From the NCBI GenBank assembly GCA_965197905.1, contig CBDAOB010000003.1:96001-160000 (forward strand): a stretch of 64,000 nt of DNA, written 5' to 3'. Within the stretch, counting starts at the first letter, position 1. The number at the start of each line of letters is the position of its first letter. The notes under the pieces are model-generated. The model worked only from the letters and a program-made list of their open reading frames with translations, did no database searches and was not told the origin of the DNA. The stretch is from Candidatus Latescibacterota bacterium. Lineage in GTDB: Bacteria; Latescibacterota; UBA2968; UBA8231. The position numbers were made by a program, and so were the translations under genes. This document shows positions 21,401 through 30,205 of this stretch, in pieces.

Positions 21401-21947
21401 CACGTGGAGACCGGGACTCGCTCTCATTCACGCCGAACTGGGCAACATCGAGGAGGCGAGAGCCGAGTTCGAGAATCTTGCAGCCAGCGATTTCACCGAC
21501 ATCCCCAGAGACGCCATGTGGACCGGCACAATGTCGTACTTAAGTGAGGTCTGCGTCTTCCTCGGCGACCGTCGACGGGCAGCGCTTCTGTATCAGCTGC
21601 TGTTGCCGTACGTGGGCTATAACGTGATGGTGGGCGCGGGCGTAATGTGTTACGGTGCCGCCTGTCGCTATCTAGGTAATCTTTCAACCGTCCTGCGCCG
21701 CTGGGAAGAAGCGGAAAAGCACTACGTAGAAGCGCTACGACTCAACCTGCAACAAGGTGCGAGACCGTACGTGGCCCACACCCAGTGCGACTACGCCGAA
21801 ATGTTGCGCGCGCGCGGCAGGAACGCCGATCGAGCAAGGGCGGATACCTTGTTAGAGGAGGCGGCTGTGTTGGCGCGGGATCTCGGTATGAACGAGCTGG
21901 AAAGCAAGGTAGAGTCCCGTCGTGCGCCCGCGCCTGCGCGCGATTGA
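18417..21947 (+). pseudogene. Zinc-ribbon + class III nucleotidyl cyclase + AAA/STAND-like NTPase + TPR-like protein, interrupted by in-frame TGA (19818-19820) and TAG (20262-20264)
   Basis: CPNC/CGKC; FCDLVGST, YLGDG, GIHTG, GETPNIAARLQ; GEPGIGKS; EDLHWID; GVPLFVEE; YAFKHALIQDAAY. ORFs 18417, 19827 and 20265 share one frame. Confidence 0.9.
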
Positions 21948-22005
21948 TGTGTGGGTCAGACGGGCTTGAGATGCCAACGTATTAGCCACCAACAAGGAGT
22001 TGAAT

Positions 22006-22269
22006 ATGCCACTGTTCTTGATCGAGCGAAACTTTGCAGAACAACACTTGCCGACAGAGACAGGCATCCGGGAGGTGACGAAGGCAAATGCAGAGGAAGG
22101 GGTCAAGTGGCTGTTTTCGTTCCTCAGTGCCGACAAGCGGAAGACTTACTGCCTGTACGAAGCCCCGAGCGCCGAGCCAATCCGCAAGGCTGCCGACCGG
22201 CTCGGTTTACCGGCGGATGTGATAGTCGAGGTTAGCGAGATTGGCCCCGAAATGTTCTCGCGGGCGTGA
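22006..22269 (+). CDS. DUF4242 (SCO4226-like) small protein
   Basis: MPLFLIERNF, WLFSFLSADKRKTYCLYEAPS, GLPADVIVEV; AAGGAG RBS. Confidence 0.8.
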   Translation: MPLFLIERNFAEQHLPTETGIREVTKANAEEGVKWLFSFLSADKRKTYCLYEAPSAEPIRKAADRLGLPADVIVEVSEIGPEMFSRA

Positions 22270-22275
22270 CCCCAT

Positions 22276-23736
22276 TTGATCATGACCGGTTACATCACAT
22301 TCCTCGGATCTACCGGGCTGTTGGCAGGTGTCCCCTCTGCTGAGTTGCAGGCCATTTCCGACTCGGTGGAAAAGATCGAGCTGCAGCGGGGAGCAACCCT
22401 ATTTCGGGAAGGGGATCCAGGAGATGCCGTTTACCTCATCAAAGAGGGGAAGCTCCGGCTCGAAAGTAACGAGGTGCCTATCGCCAGCCGCACCGTTGGC
22501 GATACGGTTGGCGAACTCGCTTTGGTAGACAACGAAAGGCGGAGCGCCTCCGCCGTCGCCGATACAAAGGTGGCCCTCCTCAAGTGGTCCAAAGAGAACT
22601 TTCACGACACATTGCGGCGAAGCCCGGAAGCGGCGCTGGGTATTTTGCGAGTGTTGTCGGCCAAGTTGCGCGAAGATGTGGCTGTCCAGGTGATCACTGC
22701 GAGGCAGTTGCAGCAGGCAAATGAGCAACTCGAAAGGGAAAACCGCAGCCTGCGGGTGCGCCTATCCCCTACGCCCGAGATGGTTACCGACAGTCCTCGC
22801 ATGGAGCAGGTGATCGAACTGGCACGCAAGGTGGCGGACACCTCAAGCACGGTCTTGCTGCGCGGTGAGAGCGGTACCGGCAAGGAGGTATTGGCGCATC
22901 TGATTCATCGCCACAGCGACTATCGCGACGGTCCGTTTATTCCCGTACACTGCGCCGCACTGCCCCGCGACCTCCTCGAAAGCGAGCTCTTCGGCCACGA
23001 AAAGGGTGCGTTCACCGGCGCTACCGCGCGCCGCGTCGGTCGCTTTGAGTTGGCAGATGGCGGTACGCTTTTTCTAGATGAGATAGGAGAACTGGATCAG
23101 GACATCCAGGTCAAGCTGTTGCGGGTGCTGCAGTCGCAGGAGTTCGAGCGGATTGGGGGCAGCAAGACCATTAGCGTGAATGTACGGCTGATCTCGGCGA
23201 CCAATCGAAACCTGGAAGAGGCGGTTGCCTCGGGCGGGTTTCGGGAGGATCTATATTACCGATTGAACGTAATACCAATCTTGTTGCCGCCTCTCCGCGA
23301 GCGGCGAGAGGATATCCCGCTGTTAGTGGAGCACTTCCTCGCACAGTACAGCAAAGAGCTTGCTCGGCCCGCATGCCGGGCATCCGCCCAGGCGATGGAC
23401 ATGTTAGCTAGCTATTCATGGCCCGGGAACGTGCGCGAGCTGCAGAACCTGGTGGAGCGAATGGTCGTCGTGGTTGACGATGAGATCATCGGACCGTTGC
23501 ACCTGCCGCCGGAGATGCAAGGACTAAGGAATCCGATAACCGATCCGGTCCCTGCAGGGATGGAGCCTCTTGCCGAAGTCGAGGAGAGACATGTCAGAGC
23601 TGCCCTCATTCGATGTGGCTGGAATCAGAGTCGCGCGGCCAGGCTTCTCGAGATCTCCCGCGAGCAGCTCCGCCATCGGATCAGACAGTACCAGATCGAG
23701 GGGCCTTGGAAAGTCGGCGCTCCGGAGCGCAATTGA
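22276..23736 (+). CDS. Sigma-54 enhancer-binding protein with N-terminal cyclic-nucleotide-binding domain
   Basis: LFREGDPGD...GELAL...RSASAVA (cNMP cassette); coiled coil; [28 protein letters not shown]; Fis-type HTH. Confidence 0.92.
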   Translation: MIMTGYITFLGSTGLLAGVPSAELQAISDSVEKIELQRGATLFREGDPGDAVYLIKEGKLRLESNEVPIASRTVGDTVGELALVDNERRSASAVADTKVALLKWSKENFHDTLRRSPEAALGILRVLSAKLREDVAVQVITARQLQQANEQLERENRSLRVRLSPTPEMVTDSPRMEQVIELARKVADTSSTVLLRGESGTGKEVLAHLIHRHSDYRDGPFIPVHCAALPRDLLESELFGHEKGAFTGATARRVGRFELADGGTLFLDEIGELDQDIQVKLLRVLQSQEFERIGGSKTISVNVRLISATNRNLEEAVASGGFREDLYYRLNVIPILLPPLRERREDIPLLVEHFLAQYSKELARPACRASAQAMDMLASYSWPGNVRELQNLVERMVVVVDDEIIGPLHLPPEMQGLRNPITDPVPAGMEPLAEVEERHVRAALIRCGWNQSRAARLLEISREQLRHRIRQYQIEGPWKVGAPERN

Positions 23737-23774
23737 GTATTCATGCATAAATAATTGTGCACATACGCTCAGTT
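23731..23774. promoter_or_regulatory. Tandem putative UAS pair
   Basis: AATTGAGT-N6-GCATAAAT and AATTGTGC-N6-GCTCAGTT, imperfect palindromes like the 18210 site; 153 and 131 bp upstream of the -24 GG. Confidence 0.6.
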
Positions 23775-23827
23775 AGAAGTCGACCTCTGGCTATAAAATG
23801 TGTGTCGCGGCCGCTCGCAAAACTCCA

Positions 23828-23840
23828 TAAATCATTGTTA
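23828..23840 (-). promoter_or_regulatory. IHF-like site
   Basis: TAAATCATTGTTA vs reverse consensus YAANNNNTTGATW, one mismatch. Confidence 0.45.
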
Positions 23841-23882
23841 ATACGAAAGATTGAAACAGGTTTGTGCGATGAGTGTGCCTGC

Positions 23883-23898
23883 TGGTCCGCTAGTTGCA
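23883..23898 (+). promoter_or_regulatory. Sigma-54 (-24/-12) promoter of the acyl-CoA dehydrogenase gene
   Basis: TGGTCCGCTAGTTGCA; GG-N10-GC with TTGCA; about 60 bp before ATG 23956. Confidence 0.7.
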
Positions 23899-23955
23899 AT
23901 GCATACAGGGTCGAACATGCCCACAAACCTCACCTTAGAAAAAGGAGTTACCGCA

Positions 23956-25158
23956 ATGAGCCAGACGACAGCTGCTGAAATGGTCGGCACGAACGGCCAG
24001 GTACTGTCAGAGGATACCCTTCAACGCTGCCTCGAACGGGCCCCCGGCTATGATGAGGGGAACACATTCTTCCAGGAAGATTTCGATGAACTGAAGGATG
24101 CGGGTTATCTAACCATGGCCGTCCCGAAGGAGTTGGGCGGCAAGGGGATGACGCTAGCCGAGGTAGCTCGGGAACAAACTAGACTAGCATACTTTGCGCC
24201 TGCTACGGCTCTCGCTATCAACATGCATCTCTACTGGACCGGGTTGGTTGCCGACGTGTGGCGGTCCGGCGACCGCTCGCTGGAGTGGTTGCTGACCGAG
24301 GCCGCGGCCGGTGAGGTATTCGCGGCCGGTCACGCCGAAAGCGGCAACGACCTTCCGGTTCTGCTATCCACGACCAATGCCGAACGGGTTGACGGCGGCT
24401 ATCGGTTCACCGGACACAAGTCATTCGGAAGCCTGACCCCCGTGTGGACGCGACTTGGAATTCACGGCATGGATACCAGCGATCCCGAAGCGCCGAAGAT
24501 TGTGCACGCCTTCATGACCCGAGACGCCGAGAACTACACCATCAAAGATACCTGGGATGTTTTGGGCATGCGCGCCACGCGCAGCGACGACACGCTGCTC
24601 GAAGGGGTGTTTGTGCCGGACCAGTATATCGCTCGGGTTGTGCCCCCGGGTGCCGCCGGAATCGATCTGTTTGTCTTGGGCATATTCGCATGGGCGCTGC
24701 TGGGTTTCGGCAGCGTTTACTACGGGCTGGCGCGAAGGGCTTTTGATGTGACCATAGAGGCGATCAAGAAAAAGACCTCGCTCGGGCTTACTCGCTCGAT
24801 GGCCGACCACGCCGGGGTCCAGCACGTCGTCGCCGAGATGGCGATCGAGCTGGAGTCTATCGGTCCTCACCTCGAGAAGATCTGCCAGGATTGGTCCACT
24901 GGGGTCGATCATGGCGCCGAGTGGGGAGCGAAGATCTGCGCCGCGAAGTACCACGCCGTGGAGGGCTCGTGGAAGGTCGTCGACAAATGCATCGAGGTGG
25001 CCGGCGGCTTTGGAATCTTCAAGAAGGCAGGGTTGGAGCGCCTGTTCCGGGATGCGCGATTGGGGCGCATCCATCCCTCGAACTATTTCCTCACTCACGA
25101 GTTCGTAGCGAAGACAGTCCTGGGGATCGACCCGGACGAGGCACCGCGGTGGGGCTAG
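23956..25158 (+). CDS. Acyl-CoA dehydrogenase family flavoprotein (possibly a flavin-dependent monooxygenase)
   Basis: AAAGGAG RBS; VPKELGG, NMH, GHKSFGS, LGMRATRSD, LERLFRDARLGRIHP. Confidence 0.9.
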   Translation: MSQTTAAEMVGTNGQVLSEDTLQRCLERAPGYDEGNTFFQEDFDELKDAGYLTMAVPKELGGKGMTLAEVAREQTRLAYFAPATALAINMHLYWTGLVADVWRSGDRSLEWLLTEAAAGEVFAAGHAESGNDLPVLLSTTNAERVDGGYRFTGHKSFGSLTPVWTRLGIHGMDTSDPEAPKIVHAFMTRDAENYTIKDTWDVLGMRATRSDDTLLEGVFVPDQYIARVVPPGAAGIDLFVLGIFAWALLGFGSVYYGLARRAFDVTIEAIKKKTSLGLTRSMADHAGVQHVVAEMAIELESIGPHLEKICQDWSTGVDHGAEWGAKICAAKYHAVEGSWKVVDKCIEVAGGFGIFKKAGLERLFRDARLGRIHPSNYFLTHEFVAKTVLGIDPDEAPRWG

Positions 25159-25227
25159 TAACGGAGGGCGAAAGGGCGTGGCGAGCATTATCAAGAGGGC
25201 CAGAACGCCAATTAAGGTGGTGCTACA

Positions 25228-25405
25228 ATGACTCAAGCTGATACCAGCAACAATCAAATGTCCGTGCTTCGAAGTCCGTATGAAAAACTCGCAGGTTGTT
25301 ATCATCTGGTGCGCATTACCGACAAGATCCGCTTAGTTTCGATGCTTCAAGATCGAGGACTGGGATGAGGGTCGTTTACTAGACTTGAAAGGCATCGAGC
25401 GATGA
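25228..25405 (+). pseudogene. Internally deleted DUF5069-like gene
   Basis: N-terminal LRSPYEKLAGCYHLVRITDKIR joined out of frame to C-terminal CFKIEDWDEGR; terminal TGA overlaps the next ATG. Confidence 0.65.
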
Positions 25406-26241
25406 ATTTGCCAACAATGCAGCTTACCAACATCAATGGCATCAACTTGGAAATCTCGGATCGTGGATCGGGAGATCCCGTCGTGTTTATTCACGGCGCC
25501 AGTGGGGACGAGTGTTTCGCGGTCCTTGAGGAACCCGCCCTCGCCGACTCTTATCGTCTGATACATTATCATCGACGCGGCTGGGGCCAGAGCGAATGTC
25601 TGGAGATGCCGGTCAGTAACGAACTACAGTCAGCGGACTGCCAGGCGCTTCTTCGACATCTGGGCATCGGACGGGCGCACTTCGTCGGTCAGTCCGGTGG
25701 CGGCATCGTGGCCTTGCAGGTCGCGCTGGACGCTCCTGAGATGGTGCATTCTATTGCCCTGCTCGAACCGGCGCTGCCTTCTGTTCTTTTCAACGCCGCG
25801 GAGTTCGGTGCCGTAGCGGAAAAAGCCGTGGCGGCGTACGAGTCAGGTAACAAGGCTGACGCGATCGACACCTTTGGCCAGGAGGTAGCCGGGGTTGATT
25901 ACCGCAAAGTGTTTGACCGGACCTTGCCGCCCGGCAACTTCGAACGTTGGGTGGCCGACGCGGATACTCTATTTCAGGCTGATTTCCCAGCTTACCCTGC
26001 ATGGACCTTTGGCGGTGACGAGGCCGCTCGTATTTCGCAGCCGACACTCAACATGATGGGGGCCAATACCAACTCTTATTTCCGGGAAATTTACGAAACT
26101 GTGTGTTCATGGGTACCTCACGCGGAGAACTTCGTTCTGCCCAACGCGACCCATGCCATGCTGCAGACGAATCCGAAAGCTGCGGCTGAGCGTTTAGCAA
26201 GCTTCTTCTCGAACAATCCGTTGCAAGAGGGGATGGCATGA
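25402..26241 (+). CDS. Alpha/beta hydrolase
   Basis: VFIHG, RRGWGQS, nucleophile elbow GQSGG, C-terminal His (ATHAM). Confidence 0.9.
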   Translation: MNLPTMQLTNINGINLEISDRGSGDPVVFIHGASGDECFAVLEEPALADSYRLIHYHRRGWGQSECLEMPVSNELQSADCQALLRHLGIGRAHFVGQSGGGIVALQVALDAPEMVHSIALLEPALPSVLFNAAEFGAVAEKAVAAYESGNKADAIDTFGQEVAGVDYRKVFDRTLPPGNFERWVADADTLFQADFPAYPAWTFGGDEAARISQPTLNMMGANTNSYFREIYETVCSWVPHAENFVLPNATHAMLQTNPKAAAERLASFFSNNPLQEGMA

Positions 26242-26290
26242 AGGCAGAGTGCGTGGACGAAACAGGAACTACGCCAAAAGCTGCGGGGGC

Positions 26291-26457
26291 CTAGTGCCCA
26301 GTATCGAAAATATGCCTGTATTAATTCGCCGATTCATCCCGACCTGCTGCGTTACGCTCACTCGGCGTATTCACCAATACGCCTGGATCGCGCGCCTTGC
26401 AGGCCGGGCGACTCGGGGCCTTCATTTCACAAGCCTACTTCCGATACAGGGCACTAG
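26291..26457. mobile_element. MITE-like palindromic repeat, copy 2
   Basis: CTAG-TGCCCAGTATCG...CGATACAGGGCA-CTAG; the right CTAG supplies the stop codon of the PhyH gene. Confidence 0.85.
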
Positions 26458-27251
26458 CTACTCCTCAGGGCTTCCACCTGACGGCGCCCGATCTCTTTGA
26501 TCAGGACATCGGGCTGCGCGTCCAGCTTCGAATAGGCGGGGTTTCCTCGCGGCATCTTCTTGAAAGGACTGTTCCGTGCGGCGTTGTAAGAGCAGATCAA
26601 CGCCCAGCGGCGCTGATCGCTGTGATTGTGATCGGAACAGTGCATCAGATTGCAGTCAAAGAACAGAGCTGAGCCGCGGTCCATCTCGCAGTTAACCAGT
26701 TCCATATGCTCCAGCGCTGCGTCCACCCGCTCCGCATCGGCGCTCATCTGGCCGGCGACGTAGTGGTGCTCAACGCGGCCTATCTTGTGTGACCCCCGAA
26801 TCGCCTTGATGCAGCCGTTTCGCTCCGTCGCCGGGTCTACGGCGACCAGGCAGCTTGCCAGCAGTGGGAAAAGACAGGCGTGCTCGACGTACCAGTAGCC
26901 GTAGTCCTGGTGCCACTCCCATGCTCCGCCTACGCGCGGATCCTTGAACATCATCTTGTGATTCCAGTGGTACGCCTCACCTTCGAGAATCTGCTCGATG
27001 GGTCCCAACAGGCGGGGACAACGCACGAAGGCAGAGTAGATGTCATCGTCGAGCACGGTGCGCGCCGTCAACCGGGTGATGCCGCCGTCGCCGTCCTCGC
27101 GCACGTATGACTCGTCGGTCAAGCTTTGATCGGTCTCGGCGATCTGCTGTAGAAGATCCATCTCTTCACCGTCGAACAGTCCTTCCACTAGCAAAAAGCC
27201 ATCGGCGCGAAACTGCGCTAATTGGGCGTCGGTCAGGTTGGAGGAATCCAC
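26454..27251 (-). CDS. PhyH family dioxygenase (ectoine/proline hydroxylase-like)
   Basis: FRADGFL, KMMFKDP, WEWHQDYGYW, GSH, LMHCS; start uncertain (GTG 27251 or ATG 27362). Confidence 0.88.
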   Translation of the reverse strand: MDSSNLTDAQLAQFRADGFLLVEGLFDGEEMDLLQQIAETDQSLTDESYVREDGDGGITRLTARTVLDDDIYSAFVRCPRLLGPIEQILEGEAYHWNHKMMFKDPRVGGAWEWHQDYGYWYVEHACLFPLLASCLVAVDPATERNGCIKAIRGSHKIGRVEHHYVAGQMSADAERVDAALEHMELVNCEMDRGSALFFDCNLMHCSDHNHSDQRRWALICSYNAARNSPFKKMPRGNPAYSKLDAQPDVLIKEIGRRQVEALRSS

Positions 27252-27836
27252 GAATCTTGGCTCGCCTTTTCGCCCAGTGTACGGAGCACCGAGAGTATCA
27301 TCAAGACCGACGGTGTTGATCGCCTGATCCGAGCAACCTCCGGCTAGTATTGCTTTTGGCATGCGCGGATCCCTCCTATATTGGCAACAGAATTTGCATA
27401 GTCCGCGTGTGCACGAACATCGATCGGATGTTGCGGTTCTGATGGCAGTCTGTTCATCGAGGCGTTCGGACTGGTCCAGGGCTCGGATTTTCGCCGGGGT
27501 CTTATCAGTTCTCTCCCTGAACTCTACTTCAAGATACTGGAGACCACGATTGAGCTCCTGGCTCAACGGGTCAGCCGAACAAGTGCCGCTGTAGAGGTGG
27601 CAGACGGTCAGTCCGGACTCTGGTAGAGTGAAGAGCGCGGCAAGCAACCACCCGCATGCCCATCACGCTGGTAGGCGCGGAAGATGACGCCCCCTATCAT
27701 GCGGTCCCTTGGTGGCTACCCCCTTCGACCTTTGAAATCTACGCTTCTGTAACTTGCATTTACTAGATCGTTCAGCTACCCTAACGCCTGCCAAGAACGA
27801 CCAGCCAGACTGGAGAGGACAAAGCGAGGACGATAT

Positions 27837-28970
27837 ATGCGTGTAACGAGCGTCAAAACGACCCCTCTTTCCATCCCGCTCAAAGAAACTTACTACTACA
27901 GCCAGGGGGCGGTGGCGGGAGGCAATTCGATTCTGATCGAGGTTGAAACCGACGAGGGCATCGTCGGGATCGGGGAAGCGTGCGGCGATCGATCGGCGTC
28001 AGCCGTGCTGGGGGTCGTTCATGCCGCGGCTAGAATCCTGGAGGGAACGAGCCCTTTCGAGATAGAACGGTTCCTCTATCGTTTCTATCGCGAAGCGAAA
28101 TGGGATGACATGCGCCGATTTGCCAATCAGGCGCTGGCGGGCGTCGAGATGGCGCTTTGGGATATCGTCGGAAAGGCGGCGGGACTTCCACTGCACGCGA
28201 TTCTGGGTGGGGCGCTCTACGATCGGATCAATCACTTCGGCTTCTTGCAGGGCGACGAACCGACCAAACTCGCGGACGATGCGTCCATGTGGCAGGAACG
28301 CGGATTCGACGTGCTCTATTTGAAGGTGGGGCGTGGGCGCCAGCGGGATCTCGCCTGTGTCGAGGCGATTAGAACCCGGGTGGGACCCGAGATGAAACTT
28401 CGCGTTGATGCCAACATGGCGTGGTCTGTGGGTGAGGCTATTCAGGAACTCAGGGCTCTGGCGAGCTACGATATCGACTTCGCCGAACAACCGGTACCCT
28501 AGTCCGATTTGGATGGACTCGTCCGGGTTCGCGACGCCGTACCCATGCCGATTGCCGTCGACCAGGGTTGTTTTACCGAGCACGAGGCCCTGGAGGTAGT
28601 ACGGAAGAAGGCAGCTGACGTGATTGTGGCAGGGTTGCATGAGACCGGCGGAATCTCAGGCCTGCGCAAACTCTCGGCTGTTGCCGGAGCAGCCGCATTA
28701 CCCATCTGCCGGCACGGGGTCATGGGAGAGACCGGGGTCACCACCCTTGCTTCGCTGCAGGTCCTCGCCTCCATTCCAAACCAGACCCGTGGCCACCAGG
28801 TCATGCATCAGCTCTTCGAAGCCGATATCGTAGCCGAGGGTGTCATAGAATTCGATGGTGGCGATATTGTTGTGCCCGATCGACCGGGATTGGGCATCGA
28901 ATTAGATTGCGATCGGGTAGATGAGTACGCCAGGCGCTATGAGCAAAGCGGGCCCTACTGGCCCTGTTAG
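27837..28970 (+). pseudogene. Mandelate racemase/MLE family gene with in-frame TAG at 28500-28502
   Basis: ORFs 27837 and 28509 share a frame; EQPVP*SDLDGL is collinear with paralog 10681-11811. Confidence 0.88.
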
Positions 28971-29007
28971 GTCCTCCCTTGTCACCAGTAGCGGCGACCA
29001 CGCGCGA

Positions 29008-29164
29008 CTAATCGAACCGCATCTCCAGCTGCACACCGTCGAGGATCAGGTCTGAAGCGAGCGAGTCGTTGCGGCGGTCCAGGTGCAGCTCCACGTCGTT
29101 GTTTCCCGTTCTGACCAGGTCCTCGCCTCTGGCGCCAGCGGGCTTCCTGTCTCGTCGCGCTCAT
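29008..29164 (-). pseudogene. Head-plus-tail stub of a paralog of the 31813-33411 gene
   Basis: MSATRQEARWRQR resembles MNQSRRDARWRRR; after a frame change EDLVRTGNNDVELHL..LILDGVQLEMRFD* resembles ERVVKGENRLEVSL..MALDCVLLNVRAE*. Confidence 0.8.
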
Positions 29165-29180
29165 GGTTTTTCTCCCATTT

Positions 29181-30104
29181 CTACTGAAACCATTTTCTCA
29201 ACCCATCCTGCAGAAAGACAAATTCATAGTCCTCTAGGGCATCCCGCAATGTCTGTTTTCTGGTCTGCCAGGAAACCCTCTCTACCATCTGCCTCAAAAC
29301 CCAGTAGCCCGCATCCAGTTTGCACCTCAGATAAGCTTCCTCACCCTTGAACGCATTGAAGCCACCGAACAGGCGTTTCGCTGCCGCAGTATCAAGCCCC
29401 TCAGGTCCATCGGTCAGCGCGCTCGCCATCTGCCAGTAGTCGATTTCAGCCGGACAGAGATCCGCGTCATCGAAATCGATAATTCCGGTCAACTGCTCAG
29501 CGTCGAACAAAACGTTGGTAAGGTTTATGTCTTCGTGAACCAAAACCTCGGGTGGTGAGCGCAGAAAAACCGGCTGGTTCTCTGTCCAGAAAGCGATCAT
29601 GGACTGCACGATCTCTTTGCTCGTGACAGGGTCCTCGAGGGCCTGTTGGCCGAACTGCAGAAACTCCTGGTTCCGGCGTTCTACCCACGGTTCCGATCCC
29701 GAAAAGTGCTTAATTGTGGTTGTATCCACTTCATGCAGCTTTTTCATCTCGTCGAGCACTGGACCGAGACGGAGTTCCCTTTGCGTCGCATCCAATTTGC
29801 TCCAGCAGAAACCAAGCGGTTTTCCCGGCAGCCAGGTGACCACCATCACCGGCCACGGAAACGCCACGCGACTTTCATCGAGATATACCAGGCGGTTGGA
29901 TTTGATCTTGCCTTCGATCGCCTGCAGGATGCTGGCGGATTTTCCGAAATGTCTGCCGTCGCTTCCAGCCCCCAGCTTGACAACGAAGTCGCCCGCCTTG
30001 AACACCTTGTTGGCAATGCCAACCCTTTGCCTGATTACGCGATCGACGCGAGGGAGATCAGCGGCTTCAAGGACCTGGTACGCGGCTCTTCTAAATTGAT
30101 CCAT
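29181..30104 (-). CDS. Aminoglycoside phosphotransferase/choline kinase family protein
   Basis: LVHEDINLTNVL, GIIDFDD. Confidence 0.85.
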   Translation of the reverse strand: MDQFRRAAYQVLEAADLPRVDRVIRQRVGIANKVFKAGDFVVKLGAGSDGRHFGKSASILQAIEGKIKSNRLVYLDESRVAFPWPVMVVTWLPGKPLGFCWSKLDATQRELRLGPVLDEMKKLHEVDTTTIKHFSGSEPWVERRNQEFLQFGQQALEDPVTSKEIVQSMIAFWTENQPVFLRSPPEVLVHEDINLTNVLFDAEQLTGIIDFDDADLCPAEIDYWQMASALTDGPEGLDTAAAKRLFGGFNAFKGEEAYLRCKLDAGYWVLRQMVERVSWQTRKQTLRDALEDYEFVFLQDGLRKWFQ

Positions 30105-30204
30105 TCGAAAATTGAAGGAGTAGTAGTGCGTGAAAGTTATGAAGGCGTAGGAACAGGGCGAAGAGCGAATACCACGTATCAGAAGGCCGCGGCGGCGGTA
30201 GACC
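30102..30204 (+). mobile_element. Degenerate IS1380-like relic
   Basis: Aligns to 33504-33565 and about 33676-33711 with an internal gap; translates NTTYQKAAAAVD, compare YTTFQMAAVAID. Confidence 0.6.
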
Positions 30205-30205
30205 T

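Noticed and set aside
27381..27398. Possible sigma-54 promoter TTGGCAACAGAATTTGCA
   Set aside because: Spacing is GG-N11-GC rather than N10, and it is far from the next + strand gene.
27363..27647. N-terminal extension of the PhyH ORF (and similar extensions at 10674-10925, 11871-12074, 44093-44221, 57593-57724)
   Set aside because: Better RBS/start pairs lie downstream; the extensions overlap other genes, intergenic DNA or IS relics.
18417..28970. Genome-wide stop-codon reassignment (TAG or TGA) to explain the in-frame stops
   Set aside because: Many intact genes end at TAG or TGA at family-appropriate positions (for example the Ubl ends IAGG-TAG and glpK ends with TGA). The interrupting codons are mixed and each is one substitution from a plausible sense codon.
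29181..30104. Aminoglycoside-resistance gene call
   Set aside because: Only the general APH/choline-kinase fold motifs are visible; the substrate cannot be inferred.
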